The notes under the pieces were generated by a model that was not told where the DNA came from, made no database searches, and was given only the letters and a program-made list of their open reading frames with translations. This document shows positions 9,772 to 18,712 of a stretch of 64,000 bases of DNA, in pieces; position 1 is the first letter of the stretch, and the number at the start of each line of letters is the position of its first letter. Source of the stretch: Nitrososphaeraceae archaeon (lineage in GTDB: Archaea; Thermoproteota; Nitrososphaeria; Nitrososphaerales; Nitrososphaeraceae); assembly GCA_035297365.1 (NCBI GenBank), contig DATGZA010000075.1, positions 1-64,000 of the forward strand, in the 5' to 3' direction. The translations under genes were made by a program, and so were the position numbers.

Positions 9772-11370
9772 CTATAATTTTGGTGGCATTGCAGCTGTTA
9801 CAGAACGAGCTCTAGAATATCTTGCGATAATATCTTCAGGCAATGTTCCATTAAAAAGATCCTTAGAGAGACCTCTAAGATATTTCATTATAGCCCAAGT
9901 TCCAAACTTGATAAGCCCTGCCATAAATAATTTCATTGGTGGACCATAGGATTTATTTCGTATGATAATTGGAATAATATCATTAATAACTCTAAGATTA
10001 TGTTCCCAACATTTCCAGAATAATGTAAATTGTGCCTCGTTAAGATTACCAAAATGCATGGAATTCTTTTCTGAAAAATCTTGATACAATAATGGGGCAA
10101 CCAAACCTCTCATATTCATTTGTTTAAAGTCATCTATTAAGTCAATAGTATACTGGGTTTCATCAGGAGTTTCGTCTGGCCATCCTATAATTAGAGTCAA
10201 TGCAGGAAACCAATGATTCTCATTCAAAATTTTACATCCCTCTCTTACCACAGATCCCCATTCTTCAGGTTGAAAAGGTTTAGTTTTTACACCTAAATGT
10301 TTCTTAACCATTCTAGGTGCTACTGTTTCTACACCAAGATTAGTAGCTAACCATCTGCCATTAGAATCCATATCATTAATACTAGAAAGCTTCTTTATTA
10401 AATCAGGAGAAGAAGATACCGCTGAAAGTGTCATGTGAGTCGTACCAATAAAATTTGCACCTACAGATTTAAGGCCTGTCCATAAATCTATTATGGCATC
10501 AGCATTAGGAATGAAATCTTTATTATCGCATCCGTATAATAACATCTCATCTGACTGAAGCCAAATTGAATCGAATCCATAATTAAGATTAATCTTTGCT
10601 TCTTCCTGTAGTCTATTAAGAGGAATATCTTTTTTTGATCTCTTATTAACGTCGCAAAAATCACATCCTCTTCCGCATCCTCTCATAGCTTCAATAAGAG
10701 AATTAATAGTAGGTCCATTTATTTTTGGAATATTTTCGATATTGCGAACAAAGGTATGCAATAATTCTGGTGCATCACCCTGCTCTAAATCATGAAAAAG
10801 GTCCAAAGCAAGTTCATCAGCCTCTCCTATGACAACAGTATCTATTCCATGAATATTCATTCGGTCAGGTTTGGCTAACTCCCAAGCGCCGTTGCCACCC
10901 ACAACGACTTTAAAATTATATTTCTTTTTGAGCTGAATTATTGAAGCACACATCTTTTTGAATTTCATTGCAACATAAGATAGTTTTTCTGGAGACATTG
11001 TTGTCGTCACTGGGGCCATTCCTAACGGATCCATCACATTAATACCAACAACTTTGGTATGGGGCCCTATACATTTATTTAACATCTCAGGATGAGCGAG
11101 AAAGACATCATTACGATGATATTCTTGTAATAAAGCGCCTTCAATGCGCCGTAATCCACATTGGGCAACCTTCACCTGACCAGTAATTTTATCCGTTTCA
11201 ACACTGGGACAAAAGAGTTTATCAAACACAAACTCCGGCACCAACTCATAAGGACCACATGCAATAAATCCATACAGAAAATTACCCCTATAATTAGTCA
11301 TTAAACTTCTATCAGCTGTTAGAACTATCCGTTTACCTGAAAATGTCAATACAGTAGCCTCGTAACACAT
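9772..11370 (-). CDS. B12-binding-type radical SAM protein, GDGT ring synthase (GrsA/B)-like
   Basis: CxxxCxxC in MRGCGRGCDFC; VVGGNGA and VIGEAD B12-domain motifs; N-terminal VLTADRSLMTNY..GF; GVET. Confidence 0.8.
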   Translation of the reverse strand: MCYEATVLTFSGKRIVLTADRSLMTNYRGNFLYGFIACGPYELVPEFVFDKLFCPSVETDKITGQVKVAQCGLRRIEGALLQEYHRNDVFLAHPEMLNKCIGPHTKVVGINVMDPLGMAPVTTTMSPEKLSYVAMKFKKMCASIIQLKKKYNFKVVVGGNGAWELAKPDRMNIHGIDTVVIGEADELALDLFHDLEQGDAPELLHTFVRNIENIPKINGPTINSLIEAMRGCGRGCDFCDVNKRSKKDIPLNRLQEEAKINLNYGFDSIWLQSDEMLLYGCDNKDFIPNADAIIDLWTGLKSVGANFIGTTHMTLSAVSSSPDLIKKLSSINDMDSNGRWLATNLGVETVAPRMVKKHLGVKTKPFQPEEWGSVVREGCKILNENHWFPALTLIIGWPDETPDETQYTIDLIDDFKQMNMRGLVAPLLYQDFSEKNSMHFGNLNEAQFTLFWKCWEHNLRVINDIIPIIIRNKSYGPPMKLFMAGLIKFGTWAIMKYLRGLSKDLFNGTLPEDIIARYSRARSVTAAMPPKL

Positions 11371-11431
11371 GCTCTTTGAATCATATATAAATTTATTATC
11401 ATAAACTTACGAGTATATCGTGTAGGATCTT

Positions 11432-11854
11432 TTAATAAAATCCTCTCTCATGACCCATAAGCATAATAGATTTCAACTGCTTTCTATTCAAATAATTAAG
11501 AGCTTCATAGAAATTCGTCCATATATAATCATCATGTTCGTTGGAAAGAATAATTTCACGTATATTTGTAGTTGCATAATAGAAACTTACCTCTTTCCTT
11601 GATTTTATACCTTCTCCCTTAAAAAAAGAATAGCGTATTCGTCCTATGAAGGATAAAATATTAAGAGAATTAATACCCGTCTCTTCTAAAACTTCTCTAA
11701 ATAGTGTTTGAATTTCTGTTTCGCCGTCTTCTTTATGACCTTGTGGAAATCCCCAGTAACCTCTACGGTTTCGCAGTAGAAGAAATTCTGGATCCTTTTT
11801 ACTTAATGGTGTTTGATATTTTATGACTGCACCAACAGATTTTTCTATATTCAC
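11432..11854 (-). CDS. NUDIX hydrolase (Ap4A hydrolase-like)
   Basis: Nudix box WGFPQGHKEDGETEIQTLFREVLEETG and LSNEH. Start moved to GTG 11854 because the longer ORF runs antisense through tRNA-Ala. Confidence 0.88.
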   Translation of the reverse strand: MNIEKSVGAVIKYQTPLSKKDPEFLLLRNRRGYWGFPQGHKEDGETEIQTLFREVLEETGINSLNILSFIGRIRYSFFKGEGIKSRKEVSFYYATTNIREIILSNEHDDYIWTNFYEALNYLNRKQLKSIMLMGHERGFY

Positions 11855-11938
11855 ACTACGATAGTTTTTATAAAATAGAATTATAATATTGTTTCTTAAA
11901 AATATTAATATCCAATTAATTTCATTATTTTTTATATA

Positions 11939-12012
11939 GGGCCGGTCGTCTAGTCCGGTAGGATACGGCATTGGCATTGCTGAGATCGTGGGTTCAAATC
12001 CCACCCGGTCCA
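11939..12012 (+). tRNA. tRNA-Ala(GGC)
   Basis: Acceptor GGGCCGG/CCGGTCC-A with G3:U70; anticodon arm CGGCA-TTGGCAT-TGCTG; T arm GTGGG-TTCAAAT-CCCAC. Confidence 0.96.
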
Positions 12013-12058
12013 TATAATTCAAATAATATAAAGTATTTATCTCATCAGACCGAAATAA

Positions 12059-12760
12059 TTGTATTTTGTTAACTGGGAGAGAGATATTGAAAAAATCAAA
12101 ATTGGACAAAAAGTTTTTGTCATAAAGAAAAATAAACGTTTTAAAACAATAAGGGAGTTTATACTAATATTCATTTTTACAGTGATATCTCTCATTTCTT
12201 GTCATCCTTCTTCACCTCCACCAATTGGAAAAAAAAAAATAGAAAATGAAGGCTTCAAAAATAGAGAGAAATTAGAATTAATAGGAATTAAAACTCCAAG
12301 ACTTATTTCCATCTCAAGTAAAGAAATCATAGAAGAATATATTGAATATGGAAATCTTTATGAATATTTAGTAAAGCACGATGATATTGATATTGCTAGC
12401 AAAGCCGGAATAATAACTGGTATATTACATAATTCAGGCTATACATTTACTGATAATAAGAGTCAAAATTTTTTAGTGTCAAAAGATAAAGATCTCATCA
12501 GAATAGATCTCGGTCTAATGCAAACGAATATTTCATTATTCGCAAGAAGTATGGATATAGGCACATTTTTAGGAAGCGTTCTCGACTTCGAATCGAAGAA
12601 ATATCACGAGATAGAACGAGAGTATTTAAATGCGTATATTAAAACAACAGGAAGTATTATTCCGTACTTATCAGTAATTTTAAGAAATGTGCTAGCTTTG
12701 GGTTTTGTAAATGATCATAACAAGATGATGAAAAACATGACTAAGAAATATAATAGCTAG
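12059..12760 (+). CDS. Atypical protein-kinase-like protein (Bud32/RIO/Kdo-kinase superfamily)
   Basis: VIKK, IKTPRL, IIEEYIE, LH..G.TFTDNKSQNFLV, RIDLG. Confidence 0.7.
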   Translation: MYFVNWERDIEKIKIGQKVFVIKKNKRFKTIREFILIFIFTVISLISCHPSSPPPIGKKKIENEGFKNREKLELIGIKTPRLISISSKEIIEEYIEYGNLYEYLVKHDDIDIASKAGIITGILHNSGYTFTDNKSQNFLVSKDKDLIRIDLGLMQTNISLFARSMDIGTFLGSVLDFESKKYHEIEREYLNAYIKTTGSIIPYLSVILRNVLALGFVNDHNKMMKNMTKKYNS

Positions 12761-13140
12761 ATAGGAGGAAGTTCTTGTCTTTTGTCGAACCCCCCAGATC
12801 CAAATTTACAGTAAAAACATTGATCTGATTGCATATAAGGTATTCTTTGAATAACAATGGCACCTAGTTTTAATGCAACCTTCGTCATTAATCTATGTTT
12901 AAAGGGCATTGAGGGAATGACTTCCTTAAAATAAACATCATAATGATCTGGGCAAAATTTTAAAGTAATTTGTGCACGTGGTTTATTTTGAGCTTTAGAC
13001 TCGTTAATTGTTCTTGTGAGTTGTATTTGTTCTCTTATATACTCATGTTTTGGGCAAGGACAATCTTTTCCTAACGGATGTTTATATGCCGGAGTATTTT
13101 TCCAATCGAATTCGGGAAAATTCTTATCAAAATCATCCAT
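12757..13140 (-). CDS. Hypothetical Cys/His-rich (putative Zn-binding) protein
   Basis: CPCPKH, FCPDH, CFYC. Confidence 0.7.
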   Translation of the reverse strand: MDDFDKNFPEFDWKNTPAYKHPLGKDCPCPKHEYIREQIQLTRTINESKAQNKPRAQITLKFCPDHYDVYFKEVIPSMPFKHRLMTKVALKLGAIVIQRIPYMQSDQCFYCKFGSGGFDKRQELPPI

Positions 13141-13266
13141 TCTTCCCTAATATATTAGAAGTAATATCATATAAATTGTGGGATGTAAAATTGGGATCTG
13201 AATATTAATATCTAATCTGATTATAAAAATATATATTTTTGATAATTTATAAAAAGTCAAAGCGGC

Positions 13267-14256
13267 GTGAATAGAACGGAACAGAGTAATGTCAATAGCA
13301 GAGAAGATAATTCAAAGAAGAATGATCAAGAACAAAATCTTATTTCTCTCAATTTGAATCTAAATACACTAACAGATTTTAAGAATTCGTTAATAGAAGA
13401 ACAGAAGAATGGAGAAACGAAGATCCAGGAAATAAATGAGAAAATAGAAAAAACAAAAAAACAAGTTGACAAGGAAAGACAGTCACTCGAAGAGCTAAGA
13501 ATAAGATTAAAGGAAATAAACGATGTAAAGGATGAAGAATTTCCCAAATTTATGGAACTTAAAGATCAGGTTATGAAAGCTAGAGATCAGATGAAGGTAA
13601 TTGACGAAAAAACAGGTGTAAAAAATAGTAAAGAAAGAACAAACATCAAACAATTAACTAGAACTCTAGAACAACTTGAAAGAGACATACAAACAAAAAA
13701 ATTGTCTAAAGATGAAGAGAGGAGATTAGTTGTCAAATCTAAGGAAATTGCTACAAAGCTTCATGCTTTGAAAGTAATACATAAAAAAGAAGATCAATTT
13801 AGGATGATTTCAACTCAATACGGCAGTTTGAAGTCAAAAATCAATGACATTTTTGATAAAAAATCTGAATTTGGAAACAAAATCGGTGATCTGAAAAAGG
13901 TGCTAGACAATCTCTTGGACATACGTGAGAATTTGTACGAAGATAGGAGAAAAATAATCAGAGCAATGAGAGAAAGCGCCGCAAAATTAGAAATGGTTGA
14001 TACTCAAATTAATGCGATAGAATTTAGAAAATCAAAAATTACTGCTATAGGTAGCAAGAGAAGATTTAGAGATTTACGTGATAAGCCGTACGTAGGTTTA
14101 CAATCACCTAAAGAAAGAACCAAAAGAAATAAAGAAAATATCCAGATATGGAATTCTATGAAAGAGCAGGCATTAAAGAAGATGTCTAGTGGAGAAAAAC
14201 TTACTTTTGACGAAATGAAGTTGATCTATAGTGATATGAATTCATCTGAACTGTAG
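13267..14256 (+). CDS. Archaeal coiled-coil protein (COG1340-like)
   Basis: Heptad-rich; LERDIQTKKLSKDEERRLV and C-terminal GEKLTFDEMKL. Confidence 0.8.
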   Translation: MNRTEQSNVNSREDNSKKNDQEQNLISLNLNLNTLTDFKNSLIEEQKNGETKIQEINEKIEKTKKQVDKERQSLEELRIRLKEINDVKDEEFPKFMELKDQVMKARDQMKVIDEKTGVKNSKERTNIKQLTRTLEQLERDIQTKKLSKDEERRLVVKSKEIATKLHALKVIHKKEDQFRMISTQYGSLKSKINDIFDKKSEFGNKIGDLKKVLDNLLDIRENLYEDRRKIIRAMRESAAKLEMVDTQINAIEFRKSKITAIGSKRRFRDLRDKPYVGLQSPKERTKRNKENIQIWNSMKEQALKKMSSGEKLTFDEMKLIYSDMNSSEL

Positions 14257-14337
14257 AAGATTTGTGTGACTTCATATAGTTATCTTATTGAGTTTAATCT
14301 TTTAGTTATTTATACAGTCATTCAAATATAATAGTAA

Positions 14338-15513
14338 TTGAAAAATTTATATTTTACTCCATACGGCGTGGGACTAGGACATGCTAGTCGTTTAATCAAT
14401 ATAGCTGATAAATTTCAGGATAAAGAAATCAGGGTAAAATTTTCTTCCTATGGGGAAGCTGTGGAATTTATTTCACGTTGTGGATATTACTGTTCAGATG
14501 TACCTCCAGTTGAATTTTCATGGAATACTCAAGGGAGCTTTTCATTTAAAAATACTATTTCAAATATTCCTATGTGGTTTACCAATTTTTCAATTCAAGT
14601 AATAAGGGAAGTTGAAAATATGACTAAATTTTCACCACATCTAGTAGTATCTGACTCAAGATTATCTTCAATTATCTCTGCCAAATTATTAGGTATTCCT
14701 TCAATAGTAATATTAAATCAAATTAAACTGTTGCTATCTCCAAGATTACATTCTTTCAAGATTGCCCGATTATTTGAAGAGATCAACGCTGAATTTATGG
14801 GTATCTTTTGGTCAATATCTGACGAAATACTTGTACCTGATTTACCTCCTCCATACACTATTTCAGAAAATAATACCTGGAATACTGGTTCAGTAACAAA
14901 AAAAATCAAATATATTGGATTTATATCTCCACCTTATAGAATCTCCGAAAACCAAATTAAAAAAGCATTGAAATTACTTAATTTCTCGAAATCAAAACCT
15001 ATAATTTTTTTTCACATAAGCGGACCACCCAAAACAAGAATTCCTATTGTTACTAAAATATTAAAAATGAAAGAATCATTTGGTAGTAACCTTCAGTTCA
15101 TCATTTCAGGGGGTAAACCAAATGGTGAAACGATTCCAAGAAAAATATCTGAAAATGGATGGTATTACGAATGGTGTCCAATTCGCGACGAACTTTTTGC
15201 AATAAGTGATATTTTAGTGATAAGAGGAGGTCATACTGCAATTTCTCAAGCAATCCAATTTGGAAAACCAATAATTTCAATACCGATTGAGAACCACGCA
15301 GAACAAATAAATAATTCAGTTAAAATATCCAGAATTGGACTTGGTACTACACTAGATAATAATGAAATTACTCCAAAAAAAATTGTTGAATCCATTTATG
15401 AGATATTAGATAATTCAAATTATTTGATGAAATCTAATGAAATAATGAATATAAGCAAAAAATTAAATGGAGTTGAGAATGTTGTCGATATAGTTAGGTC
15501 GTATATTAGATGA
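14338..15513 (+). CDS. GT-B glycosyltransferase (MurG/GT28-like)
   Basis: GVGLGHASR, VVSD, IRGGHTAISQAI.GKP, HAEQINN. Confidence 0.88.
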   Translation: MKNLYFTPYGVGLGHASRLINIADKFQDKEIRVKFSSYGEAVEFISRCGYYCSDVPPVEFSWNTQGSFSFKNTISNIPMWFTNFSIQVIREVENMTKFSPHLVVSDSRLSSIISAKLLGIPSIVILNQIKLLLSPRLHSFKIARLFEEINAEFMGIFWSISDEILVPDLPPPYTISENNTWNTGSVTKKIKYIGFISPPYRISENQIKKALKLLNFSKSKPIIFFHISGPPKTRIPIVTKILKMKESFGSNLQFIISGGKPNGETIPRKISENGWYYEWCPIRDELFAISDILVIRGGHTAISQAIQFGKPIISIPIENHAEQINNSVKISRIGLGTTLDNNEITPKKIVESIYEILDNSNYLMKSNEIMNISKKLNGVENVVDIVRSYIR

Positions 15514-16620
15514 ATTCATAATAAATGTGACATTTTTAATTTCTTTTCTTAAAAATGAGGATACGAGTAAAGATTTTTTGTCACCTGAAATGTTACTGGT
15601 TCTAATTTTTTTATTGATTTTTTTTTCAGAATTATTAATTAAATCATCATTTTGGAAATGCAGATCAATACATTCTTCTGGATCGGAAAAAGCCATAGGA
15701 ATCCATGGAATTTTGTTATTCTTATAACAAAGATTTATGATTTTTTCCATCATCCAGAAAGGATGCGTATAAAAACTAAATGGCACTAAGACGTTAGGAT
15801 CATTATTTGACATTATTATTGATTTTAACATTAAAAATTCTTCATATTGACAGTCATCAACAGTAAATTTCATGTCGGAAGGCAATAAGCTAATAGAAAT
15901 ACGCCTATTTCCCATTTTAGAAAAAATCGGATGCAGAAGTTTTAGTTTTTTACTAAGATCAAAGACATTTGAATAAACAATAAATATTTCTGGAATAAAA
16001 CCAAAATTCGATATGGTTTTTATGCAATTCAATGAGTAATCATTGTAATATACGGAAAAAATTTTTTTCTTATTATAATTAAATGGAAGTCCACCTATGC
16101 CATCAATTAATTTGATAGGTACATAAGAATTTAATTTTCCTATATAACAGTAAATTTTCTTTATATTAATTCCTTTATAGTTATTTGGCTTCAAACTCTG
16201 GTATTTCGTTTTATCAATAATCAAACCAGTGGCCATAAATTCTACGTCTCGTGAAATGAAATCTGAATTCTCAGATACAACCTTAACCTGAAATCGTTCG
16301 TTGGATAGTATGATTTTTTTAGTTACCGATAATACAAGACCCAGTATATTTTTAATATCATTAGATGTGGAAACTGCTATTCCGATTTTTTTAATGCCCG
16401 AAGAATTAGACAAAAGATTAAAAACATAAAGATAATTTTGAGTAGCTAAAACTAAAAAAGAATTCTCTGTTGTGATTTTATAGGATTTTACATTGTTGGA
16501 TTTCAAGGTTTTTATTATAGAAACCTTTATATCTTTAAGCAAATGTCTGTGAATTGGAAAAATTATTAATTTAATATCTTTGCTTAATGTCATAATATTA
16601 ACAAATTTTTCTAAGATCAC
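15463..16620 (-). CDS. THUMP-domain ThiI-like protein with degenerate PP-loop
   Basis: THUMP-like region (ERFQVKV, FISRDVE..G) and GIGGLP junction; no SGGxDS motif follows. Confidence 0.65.
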   Translation of the reverse strand: MILEKFVNIMTLSKDIKLIIFPIHRHLLKDIKVSIIKTLKSNNVKSYKITTENSFLVLATQNYLYVFNLLSNSSGIKKIGIAVSTSNDIKNILGLVLSVTKKIILSNERFQVKVVSENSDFISRDVEFMATGLIIDKTKYQSLKPNNYKGINIKKIYCYIGKLNSYVPIKLIDGIGGLPFNYNKKKIFSVYYNDYSLNCIKTISNFGFIPEIFIVYSNVFDLSKKLKLLHPIFSKMGNRRISISLLPSDMKFTVDDCQYEEFLMLKSIIMSNNDPNVLVPFSFYTHPFWMMEKIINLCYKNNKIPWIPMAFSDPEECIDLHFQNDDLINNSEKKINKKIRTSNISGDKKSLLVSSFLRKEIKNVTFIMNSSNIRPNYIDNILNSI

Positions 16621-17567
16621 AAATTGTTTATAGTTTCTTGAACTTGATTTTTATCAGATGCATCAGGAGATTTCTGCAAATATAAAATCAAGTCTTCTTT
16701 TGCCAGTTTATTTTTATTCTGATTTAATCGTACAAATGCTCTGTTCTTATAGATTGGACCATATCTATTAGGATCAATTTCAATAGCAGATGAATAATAT
16801 TTTTCTGATTTTTCATAGTCACGATTTTTAAGGTAATAATTACCTAAACCTCTAAAAGCAAGATAATAACGCGGGTTAATCGAAATTGCCTTATTAAAAC
16901 AAATTACTGCTTGAGAAATGTTTTTTTCACTATAGCAACTTCCAAGAATTGACCACGCATGAGCATTCTCATGATCATTTACAAGGGACTTATTTAATTT
17001 TTCAATGGCTAAGTCAATGTTACCGATAAGAAAATCATTTTCAGCTTCAAAGCAGATCATATTTGAGTTTAAACAATGTAATGTATTTCTTTTAACAATG
17101 TTTTTCATATCGTTTGGTAACAGAATTATAGTTATATTATCTTCTTGTTCCCATTCTGATTCAAATTTTGATTCGGGAATAAAACCTTCAGTATTGGGCT
17201 TTGGTATATATGTCATAATTCTCTTTTCCTCCTTATCATAACCCGAGATTAACATTGCATGTTGTGTGAGGTCATACAGTCCAGGAAAAATTACAATAGG
17301 TGGAATTCCCTGATCTATGCTTTTTTTAATGTCTATCAATGATCCCTTATAGATATAATAACAAAAATCATTTTTTTCTGCAATTTTCAAGCTATCATAA
17401 ACGGATATTAGCGTTTTAAATCTTGAACACTCGGCAAGAAAATTTTCTTCTCCCCAATATTTAAGAACTACTGAGATTACCAGCGGTAACTTCGTATCCC
17501 CTTCAATCAAAGGTAAATTTAAATTGTTTGAAACAGATTGCATTGAATATAAAAATGTACAAATCAA
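16617..17567 (-). CDS. C39-peptidase-like domain plus TPR protein
   Basis: VLKYWG, IKKSIDQGIPPIV, HAMLISGYD, FESEW; C-terminal TPRs (AWSILG, AFRGLGNYY). Confidence 0.8.
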   Translation of the reverse strand: MICTFLYSMQSVSNNLNLPLIEGDTKLPLVISVVLKYWGEENFLAECSRFKTLISVYDSLKIAEKNDFCYYIYKGSLIDIKKSIDQGIPPIVIFPGLYDLTQHAMLISGYDKEEKRIMTYIPKPNTEGFIPESKFESEWEQEDNITIILLPNDMKNIVKRNTLHCLNSNMICFEAENDFLIGNIDLAIEKLNKSLVNDHENAHAWSILGSCYSEKNISQAVICFNKAISINPRYYLAFRGLGNYYLKNRDYEKSEKYYSSAIEIDPNRYGPIYKNRAFVRLNQNKNKLAKEDLILYLQKSPDASDKNQVQETINNL

Positions 17568-17579
17568 ATAAAAATCATC

Positions 17580-18140
17580 CTATCGCGAAATATTTAGAAA
17601 GGAATTAATTAAATATTCACCAATCTTACCACTTTTTTCCGGGTGAAATTGAAATCCAAAAATGTTTTTATTCAAATGTTTAAAGATTTCAAATTTATTA
17701 CCTGGAGAGCTTGCTAGGCATTCCAATTGTGACGAAATTTTGGATATACAGTATTTGTGACTCTGATAAGCACTAAATGAATAATTTGTAGGCAAGTATA
17801 AACAATCTTTCAAAATTGTTATTTTTTTAAAACCTTGTATTACTTGATCCATTCTGTATAATGAACCTCCGAAATAAAGGTTTATCATCTCCGCGCCATA
17901 ACAGATGCCTAGGAGCGGAATTTCTGTTTGATGACAATATCTTATTATTCTGGTATTGACCATATTTGTTTCTTTATTAATTGTCTTCCTTCCAGATAAA
18001 ATGATGGAATCATAATCACCCAATCTGTCAAAGTTTATTTGCGAATACAATTTACAAAAAAAATTTTTTTTAAATCTTACAGCATGAAAAAGGATATCCC
18101 TAGTAAAGGGTGAGGTGTTATCTACTATCAATGTATTCAT
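17580..18140 (-). CDS. Class I glutamine amidotransferase (GuaA N-terminal-like), stand-alone
   Basis: IILSG, LGICYG, SH, FQFHPE triad. Confidence 0.88.
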   Translation of the reverse strand: MNTLIVDNTSPFTRDILFHAVRFKKNFFCKLYSQINFDRLGDYDSIILSGRKTINKETNMVNTRIIRYCHQTEIPLLGICYGAEMINLYFGGSLYRMDQVIQGFKKITILKDCLYLPTNYSFSAYQSHKYCISKISSQLECLASSPGNKFEIFKHLNKNIFGFQFHPEKSGKIGEYLINSFLNISR

Positions 18141-18712
18141 TAGTAAGCAAAATGATGGTACATTATTTTTAGCTTTACATGTTTTAATATGTTTCTTAAA
18201 TTTGTAATATTGCGTTAAATTTGCATTGATTATCCAACAGACTCGAACAAATTCTATTATTTAGTAGATAATAACAATCATAAAGTATTGATAATCTCAT
18301 GATTTTAGCTTATTTAATAAAAATAATGGTTACCTCTTAGAAATATTCACTTAACAATATTTTTTTACCAATTACACAACTAATATAATCTTCATTTTTT
18401 TTCATATTTTGTGAATAATTTTCTAAATATGGTACACTTAGAATTTTTTCGATCATTATCGCTACCAAAGTCTCAATAACTTATGTAACTTTACAGAGAT
18501 TAATACTGGTTTCCTTATCTCTTCATTATGTTGATGCTTTTACGTATATTTTGAAATTGATTAATTGCAGTTCACTGACATGTTATATTAGTACTTGGTG
18601 TAAATAAACAACTATATATGTAAACTAAGTAATGTCTCTTCAAACAATCATGTTGTTTTTGTTTGAAATATAATTTTAATGTCACTAAATTAATAGTAAT
18701 ATACTTTAATAT

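Noticed and set aside
11409-11421. Short palindrome ACGA-GTATA-TCGT upstream of the radical SAM promoter
   Set aside because: Only 4-bp arms and no second copy noticed; not distinguishable from chance.
11855-12109. 84-aa N-terminal extension of the NUDIX ORF (MDRVGFEPTISAMP...)
   Set aside because: It is the antisense reading of tRNA-Ala and flanks; GTG 11854 gives a normal-length NUDIX protein.
13267-14256. SMC or chromosome-segregation ATPase
   Set aside because: Coiled coil only; no Walker motifs or hinge.
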